Counted from the stretch's first letter, positions 1 through 14,019 are shown. The stretch is 64,000 nt of DNA from Somniosus microcephalus (GCA_052327205.1 CM126215.1:54746001-54810000), one strand, 5' to 3'. A program made the numbers and translations. The notes: a model not told the origin generated them from the letters alone.

Positions 1-590
1 AGAAAATTTCAGCTCATAAAGGTCTCAAACAGGAAGTTAGAGTGTTTAGCAACTGGAGTGTGGCCTTGAGAGCTGTGTAGGGCACAGGTGAAGTTGGGTA
101 CTGTATGTGTAGAAGCTGACCCATGATCCAGATAATATTCTTCAGGAACGCATTGGGGTACACTGGTTGAGGGACACGGGAGGAGAAACTGGCGGAGATA
201 TAACATCTTTGTTGTGACGGGTAATAGGAGAGCAATGGCACAGAGGTGGACGGCAGAGGTGAAATGGAGGAGGATGAAGTGACTAACGATGTTAAAGGCA
301 GCAAGGAGGATGAGGTCAAGAACAGAGCCTTAGACAGAGTCACATAGCGAGTTTGATCAACTCAATTTCTGTGTTGTGGGCATGGCAGAAACTGTATTGC
401 AGGGTCTCCTATCGGGAGTGTCGGGAGCATAATTGCAACATATTTCAGGAATTTGAAAAGAAGGGAAGGTTGGAGATAGTGCAGTGGCCATGGAGAATGA
501 AGAGACAAATGGTAAGTGGTTTGGAAGGATGCTGGGGCAGTGCCAGAGAATAGGTTGCAGAAGGGCAATTGGGTGGTAAGGAAATAAATA
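1..590 (-). mobile_element. Old degenerate L2-clade LINE RT fragment
   Basis: Minus-strand translation gives SVLDLILLAAFNIVSHFILLH, resembling the L2 RT motif LLDLSAAFDTVDHxILL. Many frameshifts. Confidence 0.5.
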
Positions 591-747
591 GATTGGGGGG
601 GGGGGGGGGGGGGGGTTTGAGAGCGTCATGGTGAGCTTTAATCGACAAGGTGAGACATACTGTTTATAATGTGCTCTGATTTCTATTCCTCCAAACCCAA
701 TTTTCACCTTTCTGAAGCCACAGACTCGTGGCATGGTATAGTTCCTC

Positions 748-2595
748 AACAACAACATGTATTTATATAGCACCTTTAACATAGTAAAACGTCCCAAGGC
801 GCTTCACAGGAGTATTACAAGACAAAAATTTGACACCGAGCCACAAAAGGATAAATATGGGCGGATGACCAAAAGCTTGGTCAAAGAGGTAGGTTTTAAG
901 GAGCGGCTTAAAGGAGGAAAGAGAGGTAGCGAAGCTTAGGGCCTAGGCAACAGAAGGCCTGGTCACCAATGGTTGAGCGATTATAATCAGGGATGCTCAA
1001 GAGGGCAGAATTAGAGGAGCGCAGATATCTTAGGGGGGTTTTGGGGCTGGAGGGGATTAGAGAGATAGGGAGGGGCGAGGCCATGGAGGGATTTGAAAAC
1101 AAGGATGAGAATTTTGAAATCGAGTCGTTGCTTAACAGTGAGCACAGGGGTGATGGGTAAACAGAACTTGGTGAAAGTTAGGACACGGACAGCTGAGTTT
1201 CGGATGACCTCAAGTTTACGTAGGGTATAATGTGGGAGGCCAGCCAGGAGTGCATTGGAATAGTCAAGTCTAGAGGTAACAAAGGCATAGATGAGGATTT
1301 CAGCAGTGGAGACGGACGACGTTCTGGAGGTGGAAATAGGCAGTCTTAGTTATGCCGCAGATATGTAGTCGGAAGCTCATTTCAGGGTTAAATATGACAC
1401 CAAGGTTGCAAACAGTGTGGTTCAGCCTCAGACAGATGTTAGGGAGAGGGATGGAGTCAATGGCTAGGGAACGGAGTTTGTGGCGGGAACCAAAAACAAT
1501 GGCATCGATCTTCCCAATATTTAATTAGAGAAAATTCCTGCTCATTCAGTGCTGGATGACAATGTGGAGACCGTGGAGGGGTGGAGAGAAGTGGTGGTGA
1601 GGGAGAGCTGGGTGTCGGCAGTGTACGTGTGGAGACCGTGGAGGGGGTCGAGAGAAGTGGTGGTGAGGGAGAGCTGGGTGTCGGCAGTGTACGTGTGGAG
1701 ACCGTGGAGGGGTGGAGAGAAGTGGTGGTGAGGGAGAGCTGGGTGTCGGCAGTGTACGTGTGGAGACCGTGGAGGGGTGGAGAGAAGTGGTGGTGAGGGA
1801 GAGCTGGGTGTCGGCAGTGTACGTGTGGAAAGTGACGCTGTGTTTTCAGATGATGTTGCCAAGGGGCAATATGTAGACGGGAAATAGGAGGGGGCCAAGG
1901 ATAGATCCTTAGGAGCTATCAGAGGTAACGATGCGGGAGCAGTAAGAGAAGCCGTTGCAGGTGATTCTCTGGCTACGATTAGATAGATAAGAATGGAACC
2001 AGGCGAGTGCAGTCCCATCCAGCTGGACGACAGTGGAGAGGTGTTGGAAAAGGATGGAGTGGTCAACCATGTCAAAGGCTGCAGACAAGTCGAGAAGGAC
2101 GAGGAGGGATAGTTTACCTTTGTTACAGTCACAAAGGATGTCATTTGTGACTTTGGGAACGCTGTTTCGGTACTGTGGCAGGGGCAGAAACCTGATGATT
2201 GAAGGGATTCAAACACGGAGTTGCGGGAAAGATGGGCACGGATTTGGGAGGCAATAGCATGTTCAAGTACTTTGGAAAGGAAAGGGAGTTTGGAGATGGG
2301 GCGGTCATTTGCAAGGACGGAGGGGGATCAAGGGTTGTTTTTTTTTTGAAGAAAGGGGTGATGACGGCAGATTTGAGGGAGAGGCAGACAGTACCCGAGG
2401 AGAGAGAACCGTTAATGTCAGCTAACATGGGAGCCAGTAAAGGAAGTTAGGTGATCAGCAGTTTGGTGGGAATAGGGTCGAGGGAGCAGGAAGTGGGGCT
2501 CATGGACAAGATGAGCGCGGAGAGGTCATGAGGGGAGATTGGAGAGAAACTGGAGAAAAATACGAGTTCAGGGCTAGGGCAGGGGGGAACCTTAG
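748..2595 (-). mobile_element. 5'-truncated L2-clade LINE
   Basis: RT remnants (INGSLSSGTVxxSLKSAVITP, CHSTETA, degenerate YADDTQL). 3' end ...aaggtgctatataaatacatgttgttgttg with a (GTT)n tail at about 748-760. Confidence 0.88.
1564..1824. repeat. Tandem repeat, 4 x 65-66 bp, inside the L2 RT
   Basis: Unit gtggagaccgtggaggggtggagagaagtggtggtgagggagagctgggtgtcggcagtgtacgt starts at 1564, 1629, 1695 and 1760. Confidence 0.95.
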
Positions 2596-2619
2596 AGTCT
2601 CAGGTCTCTCTCATATCTC

Positions 2620-2880
2620 TCTAGTACCTTGACCAAGTGGCCATTCCTCATGTGCAAGTCTAGATATTGAGCATCAACAGGCTATGCAACTTCAGAAGGC
2701 TTCATAGTCTAGACCAATCTCTTAAGCAGCAGGCACTGAATCAGCAGCAGACATTGAATCAGGATCAGGAGTGGGGTCACAGGCTGGTTATCCCCCACAG
2801 GTGTTGAGATGACAATTACAACACTCCAGAATTAGCTAAGTCAACATAGGCAGGAATCTTCCAGGTGCGTTATGGCTTTG
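2620..2880 (-). mobile_element. Degenerate SINE-like repeat
   Basis: Shares blocks (gatcaggagtggg, caattac/gtagc, agctaagtc/tagca) with 39440-39740, 25740-25900 and 59690-59850. Confidence 0.35.
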
Positions 2881-4029
2881 CATGACACTTACAACTTCTC
2901 GCAAACGTTCCAAATCACATTTAGCTTGTGGCACTTAAACCTTCAGCTTTAACCAAAATGGAAATCAGATTCAAGACATTCAAAGAAAACAGCATTTTCC
3001 ATCTATTCACAGCTGCTACAGGCACCATGTCCATTCAATTGACGAAACTGGTATGGTTAATTTGTATGGACGTCCTACTAGTTACAATAACATTAAAGAG
3101 ATTACAGTTTTTTTTATCACCTCTGTAATTAACACTTATGTGAGTATGTTTATACATACTATCTGTTAATCTCTCTTTACAAACTGCAACAATACCTGTA
3201 ACTACTATTCACGAAAATTAAACATGCACGTCAATGTGTGGGGAGCTATTTCGAACAGTTAATAATAGAACAGTATATCTTTTTTGTTTTCCTTTGATAA
3301 TTAGGTCTCCAGTGCAGATTAATTTCAATATCACGATTCTAAGGAAATATTTTTTCTAATTGAATTCAACATATGCGCTGTGTAGTAACAACAGCTAGAT
3401 AATATTGTCACATACATAGCAGCAATTAATTTTGATCTCTTTAATGTTTGATTTTGCTTTAGAATTGCTACACTATTTAAGGAAATACATTTTCCTTCAC
3501 TCTTATCTAAATGTATATTTTTTGTTTGGGAGGAAATATATTTACTGACCTATTTTACAAGGGACTGAAATCTCAAATGTTAGCTCTAAATCAGTCGTAT
3601 CTGAACTTGAGATTTAATATTCTAGGATAGATAAGTGAAGTAGAAACACAACACGTGGGGGTAAATTAAGTTTATGCAATCCTGATGGTAGCCAGCCCGG
3701 CAAGGGAAATCTGGTTTATAGTCGACTCTTCTGTCTAGCCCAACATGCTGCAAATAATAGTCCACTGGTCTCAAATTCCCTTGGTTCTGAAAAAAAAATG
3801 TCCACATCCAAAATGTTAACTTCTCTCTTCCGTTTGCAGGTGTGGATGGACATTTTCCACTTATTTGTTTTAATGGTTTCATTTTGAGGAGACCACGCTA
3901 ATGAGCCTTCGATGAGAGATGTGCCCGATACAACACCAAAAGTGAAGTTTTATCTTCAGGCTGATTTATGCCATTTATGAGTTATAATGGCAGGAGCTCT
4001 CTCAGGTTAGGCATAATTAAAATTGTTAG

Positions 4030-4150
4030 TTGTACATAATTCGAATGGTGTAGTACAGCACAGGAGGTGGTCATTCGGCCAATCATCTGTGTGCCGATTC
4101 TCAAAAGAGCTATCTGCTTCGTCCCATTGTCCTGTCCACATACCCTTTCA
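4030..4150 (-). mobile_element. CR1-type 3' tail fragment
   Basis: tacagcacacaggaggtggtcattcggccaatc...aaagagctatc matches the tails at 12715 and 39746. Confidence 0.55.
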
Positions 4151-6157
4151 ACAATATCCAGCTTTGGTCTGCTAAACAGTGACTACAAAAAGAGAAAGCC
4201 CATGCAGTACTTATTTCCGGCCACTAAAAAGGTCAATCGTGTCTTCAGCCAGACACAACAACTTGTATTTATAAAATGCCCCATGGCACTTTACAAGAGC
4301 GTTAACGGGCAGCAACAGACTGGTCCCAATCCTCGACGCTAGATTCATCCGCAGCGCTTGCCAGACTGCTAGCATGAACGTCCTGGATACTCACGCATGC
4401 TGCGAAGCTAGCCACCTGCCATCTCCACACCAGTGGTGTGGGGCACAAGCAGAACTTACTGACATCAAGAGCAATACTACAGGTGGATGACTTTTATTGG
4501 AGGTTGAATTCAGTCTGAAAAAAACACTGATTTATGTATTTTACTGAGCGAAGCCATATTGCACAACCAAGACCATGCTTAAGGGAGGTAAAACAGCTTC
4601 ATTTCGAGGACTTAACGGTGATAAAATAGGAGAACGTCTGCATTTTAATCTTATGTAGCTCCAATAGCTGGAGTTAAAGTGGAAACTTTACTTAAGTTCA
4701 AAATGATGACATGGAGGTAAATTGTCCACATGAACTAGACCAGGGTGCTTGTTTTAGAATCAGTAAAGATAGAGTGGCTTATTGCAGGTACTAATTAAAT
4801 TATATACGGCAAAATATTAGCAAGTGCGAGAGATTGGGACAATGCAGAAATACTCAACATCAACATCCTGTGAGGGATGATTAAAGAACTCGAACTTCAG
4901 TAGTCATGGAACTGTTCTTGGTTCTAATTGGAGATCTGCACTCTGTGGATTGGAGATTCCCTATCAGCTGTGTACAGCATTTGATCGTGAAGGTCTACCA
5001 AAGCTCATTTCATCCAAAAGTCTTGTTGCTTATCAAACAGTATAAGAAATATTTTCTATTAAGGATATTTCAAGCCCTTGTGGGCTGATTCTATACTTTT
5101 ATGTATTGTGCTCTCAGTATCTTGTACCTTACTATGCCAGTTGGTAAAGAAATCCAGTAGGATTAGTCTGTATGTATTGTTCTGACTGCGTACTAGTTTC
5201 CACCTTCTGAAAGAGTCAGGAGTACGCGGTGGGCATCCTACGTGATCTTCATTTGTAGATAGCACAGTTAGTGGGTAATTGCTAATCGTAGGCACACTAT
5301 CACACACACTGCATGCATAAGGGCAGGGGTTTCAGTACGTAGAAGACTTGCTCTGATCATGGAAAATGGCTTTTTGCTGTGACAAATGTTGGGAGAAAGA
5401 CATGGGTAAAATAATGACATATCTTAGAATGAAATCACTTGAAAGTCAGGGCTTAAATATTTTCACAACGGAACTTTGCGTGTGTGCAGCACTGCATACT
5501 GGGTCAAGAATGCTGCTATTTGCTACATTCACAGTTTAAGCTGCATCCCTGACCTGACTTTTCAGTTCATTGAAACCATTTGACTTGTTTACAAATAGGT
5601 GACAACCAGTGATTACACACTAATTTTACTTTTATCCTAGTCTGTGTCTGGAGTTTTCAAAGACTTCCATTAAAATGAATAAAGGGAAGTCAAAATTAAG
5701 CATGCACAAACCAACCCCTGCCATCACGAGTCAAAACTTTAAAATGTGGTCTTCTCTGGAGAGAAGATAGGTTTCATTATCCTCTAGCAAATGTCAGCAA
5801 GCATATCAACTGCGGTGAGTGACATCCATCAACAACTAGTACAGGTGGGAATCATTCTCCTTAAACACCACCACATCCTGGAGAAAAAGTTTACTTCAAC
5901 ACCAATGCCACAATGTATGACAATACAGGGCAATTCATAAAGTCATACTGAATGACACAATACAGGACAATTCCTTTGTAAACAATCACTGACAGGATTG
6001 AACATTTTATGTGATACTTATTTGCTGTTAGGGTACAGTTTCAGATTAATTTATAAATGTTTGGGTAACACACAAATAAACTGTCTGCCACTCCTGAAAC
6101 ATTAACCGGTCTTTCCACCCCCCCCCCCGCCCTCTTTTTAGATGCTGACCTGCAATG

Positions 6158-6385
6158 TCATGGGAACGTCCCCTCCAAATCACACCATCCTAACTTAGAC
6201 ATACATCACCACTCCATCATCATCGCTGGGTCAATGTCCTGGAACTCCCTAACTTACACCATTGTGCAAGTAGTATCACAAGGACTGCAGCAACCCACCA
6301 CCACCACCACATTAGGGCAACCGGGGACAGCCAATAAATACATCCAGCAGTATCCCCACATCTCCAGAATAATTTTTTTTTTTTT
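6158..6385 (+). mobile_element. 3' end fragment of the LINE family at 19941-21057
   Basis: Aligns by eye to 20795-21055 (cacaccatcct..., tcgctgggtcaa..tcctggaactccct, ggactgcagc, agggcaac, caataaat). Confidence 0.65.
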
Positions 6386-7842
6386 TATATATATAAAGTC
6401 CAATAGTTAAACCAACCAGACTCGTCATTTCAGTATAACATTTGGATAATAAAACACAAGAAAACACAGAATAAGAATCTACCATCAAAACCCTTCTTTC
6501 CACAGATCATACAGGGGTGAATTTCCTCAGGGCTTCTCCCGCTCCAGTAGTGTAACTTTGGTGGAAGCCCTGTTTATGAACCCTTATCCTAGGAACGGGA
6601 ATAACAGCCACGATTCCTGCATCTAATCACTATCCAGTGAACGCCCCCCCCCACCCCACCCATTTTGGAAAATGTACGTGTAAAAGGTCGGTGAGGATAT
6701 AATCGGACTCAACTGCGACGCCCCCAGTCAACACCTGCCTTATAGGCCCACACAATCAGAATGGCAGCATGGGCAAGATTCACCGCCCCGCCACCCCCAC
6801 CGTCCTGTCCAATGTGGCTATTTCAGTCTGTTCTTTGATAAGTGGCTATTTAACAAACACGTGAAGCCTGTATGTTGTTACATTTACCAAACACGCCTTG
6901 TTAAAATCACATTTATGCTGAATGGAAATATTAATTCCTTATAAAGTCAGGTGCTTCAGCTGAATCTGCGGAGTTAAAACACCAACTTGAGTTCAAGATA
7001 CTTTGAGGAGGACAAAAGAAACGTAAACAGTCTTAAAACTACAAATGCAACAGCCTCTGAAACACCAGTTGGTCATTGGACTTACTGATCTTAGTTTTAA
7101 AAAAAAAAACCAGACTCTGTAGTCAAGAGTGATAAGACTCTTCAAACTCTTACTGCAGGTTGGATACAAACGCCTGCTCTAATTCACACACGTTTACCAG
7201 CATGTTAAAATGGCCAAATTCCAAACCCCTCTACTTAAAAACAATACAACTTGACATTCGACTTCCTTCTTTCCTAACTAGCAGTTGTGCCAATGATTAC
7301 ATGTTTCGATTCATTAAAAAGTTGTTGCAACTAGTACTAAATCAGTGACAGAATCATTAGAGCATAAGTTTTATTTCAAGGCTAGTATACAATTTCTTCA
7401 GTGTCCTTTGTACAACAGAGAGCAAACCAAAAAAAAACAAAACCAGCATCTTTGAGAACTAAAATAAATACCCATGTTTTGGGAGCTAAAAGAAAATGAA
7501 TGCTAGTTTAGTTTTTCTGAATTTGAGAGTTTATTTCAACCATGACACATTAATGTCTGGGCTTCACAAACTTTAGAAAATCTATTGAATTGTCGCCTGT
7601 TCTAAGCTTTGGTTCTCAGTTCACCCTGCCGGTGACTGGCATTTGAGAATTATTTTTCTAGGCAAATAACAGAGTTCTAATGGCAGATCTAGATCTTGAC
7701 TACAGCAATTGGCTATCATTACCTTTGTCCAATCAATGAATGATAGTAAGAAGTGAACAGATTACCCAAACATTTCCCCAAGTGAAGTGCACAGTTAAAA
7801 TCTTGCGGTAGATCAAAAATAAAAACGCAATGAAACCAGTGT

Positions 7843-8290
7843 TGAAGACTGGATGGTGCAGTGGGCTTGCACGTGGAACCTTTTGCTTCTGGAACTTGGG
7901 TTTGGATCCAGACAAAAATCAATGCGACAAAAGCCTTCCATCACTGCCGACTGCAATCGACAGGATTACAAGAAATTAATTAGGACGGTCTCAGTTCAGC
8001 TCCTGGACAACATGGACCCATCACAGAAAGCTGCCACAAAACGGACAACCTCAGAGCACAAGATTGCTGGTGTGGGAAATGGCACATTGGTACAATCTTT
8101 TCTAAGCCTGGGAATAAAGTCCAATATTGGGGCAGATCCAATATTGGGGCAGAGAAGAAGCAACATTACTCAGCAGCTGACCTGCGTTCTCTCTGATGCA
8201 AGAGTGCTTAATGCGGATTCTGCACATCTAAAACGGCAAAGTATTTATTCCTCAGTAATGTCATCCCTCACTTTGATGATTAAAAAATAA
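7843..8290 (+). mobile_element. LF-SINE-like tRNA-derived SINE relic
   Basis: Head gactggatggtgcagtgg (A-box-like), gggtttggatccag (B-box-like), and body ggtctcagttcagctcctgg resembling the recalled LF-SINE consensus. Confidence 0.5.
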
Positions 8291-10581
8291 ACTCACCAAA
8301 AAAGTAAACAGCTTATTTTGTCATTGGAATCTCTGCCCGTATTCATTAAATGACAAATGCAAAGATCACGTGTCAAGGCGAGCGTGTATTGTGAAATCAA
8401 AACTGAGCTGTGCGAAATTGGGAAGCAAAATCTGTGTGTGTGATCAGTTTCCTAAAAATTTAGGCAAGGAGAATTGTTATCTCCAGATTTTCAGTTGTGT
8501 CAAGGATTAGATTCCAAACTGTTTATTGTAATGTTGATTTTTTGTGACTTATTGGAGTGGTGGAGGGAATGAGGGGAGGGGTTGACGAGTGTAAGTATCA
8601 AATATGCTCTAGTAAGAAACCTTTACCTACTTGAATGTAGTGGAAACATTAAATGGATATTAATATAATGAAGTGTCTGGTGTAGCCACTAAGAATCTGA
8701 CTAAATGCACAGTCAAACCAGACACAATTGGCTGGCAGAGAGCACAGCAAAACTCAATAAAGTGAAACATAGTAAAGCAGAGATTGGTTCAAGAGTTATA
8801 TACACAAGAACTCCACAGAATACAATGGCTGCTAGTGGACAAATATGCCCCTACATAACGTGATTCCAGTATATGTGCATTGCATGTGCTAGAAACGATG
8901 ATTGACTTGTGGGATCTATTGATAAACCATGAACTGGGAAATCCTTAAGCCCAATGCAGTTTGAAACAGACGGGTATGTTCTCCACACACAATGCATTCT
9001 CCCCTGCATACATCTACTACTGCTGACAAAAAGTGTTTGTTCTGCTGTGCCAAAGCAATCAATATGAAACATCTCAAATAAAAGTTCAGATAACAAGCCA
9101 TGTAGTTGTCCAAATGTTGAAGTTAAAGTACTACTTTATCCAACATGGTTTAGTTCTACTATGACGCTCAACTATATTGCAGTAAATTTGCAAGGTTGCA
9201 TTGACTGAGTAAAGTAGTAGAACTGAATAACCAGTGAAAAAAGGTACAACAGATATATTACAGGAAATAGGTCTCAGCCAAGGACAAGCCAACACAATTG
9301 CAATACACAAAGATGATTCTCGCACAGCACAGAAAGTGACCAATAGAAACAAAAGTCAATCAACTTGATGCCCACCAAATTGAACCGCTCATGATTAAAG
9401 GCTCTCTGAAATTAAAAGCCATTGAAATTAGCATCTATGGGGCAGGTCTACTACTAATCAGACTATGTACCAACAGAAAATGCATGGCCGATCCCACGAA
9501 TGAATGCCGAGGGCCTCTGGCACTAGCATAGATGTAACCAGTTGCTGTAAGGACCACAGTAGGTTGGCACATTCCAAAATTTCTGCTTTTCAGTGAGATA
9601 GAGCGATGTCCCCCCAGATACACAAAAGCTCAAAAAATAACTTCTGTTGCCGATCCTGATCACTTCTGGGTTTTAGCTCCACCCCTCACCAAACTGCGTC
9701 ATTAAATATTTAACATACCGCTGGGAGTACATCTTAATTGGGCGACATGGCTTAAAAAAAATAATAGTACATCAATCTTCTTCTCATACCCTTGTTTTGT
9801 TAATAGGGATGTATGTATGGGGTGGGGGGGGGGGGGGGTGGAGAGAGAGAAAGCTGGCCCCCAAATACTGCTTTGAAGAATTATTCCTCAACATACCAAC
9901 TTCATATTCAAACCTTAATTGGTCATTCTTTCTTTCAAGAGCTACACAAATGGGAAAAAATTATTTTGGTAAAGAAAACAGCCCAGATGGTCAACAAACA
10001 GAAATTAAACAGGACCCGAATGTGAAGCTTCTGTTGCTAGGCGATGAAGAATGTAAAGGCAAAGTTTTCAGGAGTTTACTCAGCTTTCACACCGCGCTCT
10101 CATAGCCTCTCCAAACTCTAGCAGCAACTTTCAACAGAGCTGCCAAAAAGCAAGCATCTAATGCACTCTCAGCACTTTAATAAAGTCTGAAAAGACTAAT
10201 TAAATTTGAAATTGTCTTTATTTCAATTATTAAGCTACAGCTAAGTCCACACCACTCCCACCCCACCAGTTTGCCTGAGCAACATCAGGTAATATTGCAA
10301 TGCAAATCGATCGACATACTGAGTATTTTCTATATAATGTACCCTAGAAAGAACAGGGGGAAAAGGGGGAAGCATCTATCCAGATTAAATGCAGCTGCTC
10401 TTTCAAATCTATCAAATGGGTAAATTTGACAAAAAACCACCATTAGGCCAACATGAAAGGCTCAAGACAACATCCTTTCAGTTCTTTGTACTTCAGTAAT
10501 CAACAGATGTACTTATTCACCCCTCCCCCTCCAACCAAACCTGATCAAGACCTCTTTTTGAATGGAAGGAAATAATTCCAC

Positions 10582-10740
10582 NNNNNNNNNNNNNNNNNNN
10601 NNNNNNNNNNNNNNNNNNNNNNNNNNNNNNNNNNNNNNNNNNNNNNNNNNNNNNNNNNNNNNNNNNNNNNNNNNNNNNNNNNNNNNNNNNNNNNNNNNNN
10701 NNNNNNNNNNNNNNNNNNNNNNNNNNNNNNNNNNNNNNNN
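10582..10740. other. Assembly gap (159 N)
   Basis: Run of n characters. Confidence 1.
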
Positions 10741-12687
10741 CTAGGTAAATACTGGTCTTTTGTGCTACATTGTTATTTTCCGAGATGCTGAAGTCAAAGA
10801 ACGAATGACAAATGAACACAAAATTTATATTTGCTTTGTCTAACCAGAGCAGAAAATTGATACTGAGAATAGGGGAAGCAGCCACAGCTGTAATTTCTAA
10901 CTTGATTAATTAGAATGGTAACAGTCCTTAACAGGATATTCAACAAACAGCCCTGACTCCGTCTCTCCACCTACCCGCACCACCCCCCCCATACGAATAT
11001 TTTTTTTTCCATCGAGGAGAACAAACATCCACATTTGTTCTTTTCTTCAGCTCAATAGAATCTTTAATTACAGAACATTGCCTCTTTGCTCTTCATTTCA
11101 GTGAAGAGAGAGCTGCTTCTGGGGAGGACTGGGTAGTGCAAAGTCACTCATACCCAACTCCATTGGGCAACAGAAGCTGAATCACTAATAACATTCTTTG
11201 GCACCAGCAGCTGTTCCAGGGCTGTGACACTGGCTTACAATTATATGGACTACAGCAAAGCTATTTCAGAGGCTGACTGGTAGTTGAACTTTTATAGACA
11301 ACAGTAGCTTATTTTATAATGGATCACTTAAAGATGCCATTTCTTGATATGAATCATGTTCTCCAACAATATAGCTTAAGTTAAAACTTTCTGTCTGATC
11401 TAACAGTGAGGCATTTGTCTGGAATAGCAGTAAGAAGCTCACAAAGGTACATGGTGGTGAAGTATTACAGTTGAACACTAGCAACAAGCACAAAGGTGAG
11501 TGAACATTTTGGTCCATGTGCTTTTGATCATCATGATTTTAGTTGAAAACTCCCGACTAGGCAGAAAACTGAGACCTAAATTCATATATTGCTTAATTTT
11601 TGGGACTTGAACTCTTGAGCAAAGGGTTTTACAGCAACAACTCAAGCCAACCTACCCTAAATAGTGGAATTACTGTTATGCAAATGAAAAGGCCTGGACA
11701 AGAAGTGGGACTTGGAAACCATTTGGAATATTGGCAAAATTCTAGCATATTATCTTAATCAATGCAATAACATGTCACTGAAATATTACATTTTAAGGCC
11801 CTACCTCATTGTGTAACTAACTCAAAGGTTTGTAAGTAAAGATTTTTATTCTGGGACAGTTTTGTTGGCGGGGGGGGGGGGGGGGGGTTAGGGATGTGTG
11901 AAGTAAGTTCAAATAAACTTTTGATTGAAAGTTAACTTTAAAATGATATGCTACACAAGCTACACATATGCTAACCATAGCTACACAAGAATTACTTGAT
12001 TAGATTGAAGGTGAAAGTATTAAAATATTTTAAGTATGAAAGAGAAATACAAAAATCTCATTGTAAGTTACAGCAATTATAAAAAGAAAACAAACTTTAA
12101 TTTCTAATTTAAGTGCAGTATTCCATAATCTTTTAATAGTTCTGGTCCCATACAATGGGTCAAGTCAACAAAGCAAATGCAGAAATTACAGGGGGTGTTA
12201 GTCACTCAAGACCATTCGCTGGAATCAGGACTTCCTCTTCCTGTGCCTGATATAGGACATCCCGACATTAAAACCTTCTGCCCTTTACATTCAGGAAAGA
12301 GAAGGCAACAAAGAGAAAAGTAAAGACACCAGCATTAGAATTCAGTCCTCCTCAAAATAAAGTAGGAATAATTATCTTTAACTGGTAAATAAAGTTGGAA
12401 CAATTATATCTTTTGTTGCTTCTTTATCTGCAAGTGGTGCTAATGTAACATAGCAACACAATACCAAGAAGAATAGGATAGCAATGAGATGCTGACGCTA
12501 TCCTTCACAGTTATTCAATGGAGATTTCAATCATAAGCCTCTAGTAGGAAAGATATTCACGCCAATCGCCAATCTGTTGAGACACTTCAAAGACTTAAAA
12601 ACTGAGGGTAGACTAAAGGGCAATACCCATTCCTGCCACCGTGTGCAGAATCTCTTGTGGCATCTTTCAGAGCCTACTAGGTCACTT

Positions 12688-12818
12688 GAATAGATAGAAT
12701 CATAGAAATTTACAGCACAGAAGGAGGCCATTTAGCCAATCATGTCTGTGCCGGCCGAAAAATGGCTATCCAGCCTCATCCCACTTTCCAGCTCTTGGTC
12801 CGTAGCCCTGTAGGTTGA
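12688..12818 (-). mobile_element. CR1-type 3' tail fragment
   Basis: atagaatcatagaaatttacagcacagaaggaggccatttagcc is the reverse of the CR1 3' hairpin and (ttctatga)-type tail. Confidence 0.7.
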
Positions 12819-13494
12819 CTAGATATTTGCATGAAGATCCTGAAGAACTTTTTGACAAGTTTTTTCAGCTCCGAGGTCAACTACCACCATCTTGGGGATT
12901 ACAAAATAAATTATTTCTTCTCAAGCCTGTCTGGTTATACTATTAATAACTCTGCAGTGCAATAGCGTATTTACCACTGGATAATGCATCACCTTGAAGA
13001 GGAAGTAGCAAGTTCTTAAAGATACCTTCCCCGCAAAAAGTTGCTTCATTTTCACAGATCGCCTACTGGAGGCCTTAACTAACATAGCCTCATCTGCACA
13101 ACCTGCACATTAAAAGTTCACTGTAATCTGCGCGGTTATAGATGAACCATGCAGGATTATCACTGTCCTTACCTGGATTAATTGATAGCAAGCGTATGAG
13201 AGGTGAGAGCAACGCATCACATTTCAAGTAATTTGACATTGATCACTGTATCATTCGAATACATAACAAGAAAGACTGGTGTGGGATGTTTATACATCAC
13301 AGTGGAGGAGTTTGGGGGGGGGGGGGGTAAGGCATACCGTTGAGGCAATGATGGGAGTCAGACTGGAGCTAATGCTGACCTTAGATCCCAAAAACTACAT
13401 TTCTCCTTTTTGCAACATGCTTTACATGGTAATTGGTGAATGCTACATTTTTACTGTTTTTGTTGTCCAGTATTAAGGAGTAATCGGTCATCTA

Positions 13495-13842
13495 TATGGC
13501 TCAATGCAGAGTAAAGCTTCCTTTATCTTGACCCAACAATCTGCCTTCAGTCCAAGTTCAAAAAATCATTCCCTTCAGTGTGAATTTTTCCACTTCCCAC
13601 ATCGGTTGTCGTTGTGGCCTCTGATGGAGATTGCCAACTTGGTAAGGAATTCCAGCAAATCATGCTAGTCTGTATTGTTGGTTCCACTTCCACTGGGAAC
13701 TGGGTTGAAACTATGCAAACATTTTATTTCATACAAGGCCTTAGAGCAGGCAGAGAGAGAAGACTTCATCCCATCACTCTGGGTTTCATAGGAATTCAGG
13801 CACCAGAGGTGGCGAGACAGTGTTCTAACCCACTGCACCCAA
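13495..13842 (-). mobile_element. LF-SINE-like SINE relic
   Basis: Blocks gtggcctct..gagattgccaac, tccactgggaactgg, atttcatacaaggcc and ccagaggtg are colinear with the reverse complement of the recalled LF-SINE consensus. Confidence 0.5.
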
Positions 13843-14019
13843 CAAAATAAATTCCAATGAACAAGCCATGCTTCATGTGGTAATCTTGTATCGTGACTCT
13901 GTCATGGAAGACACAAAAAAGGGTTTCCATGAGCCACCTGGCCAATAGCAAAATGTACTGCAACTGTGTGATACAAGAGGACAGATAGTTTGGATGGTTT
14001 TGTGAGCTGCTCAATAAAA

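Noticed and set aside
1549-1830. CRISPR-like or repeat-protein appearance of the 65-bp array
   Set aside because: There are no unique spacers, the unit is not a multiple of 3, and it derives from L2 RT sequence in a vertebrate intron.
8120-8153. 17-bp tandem duplication tccaatattggggcaga x2
   Set aside because: Ordinary local slippage inside a SINE relic.
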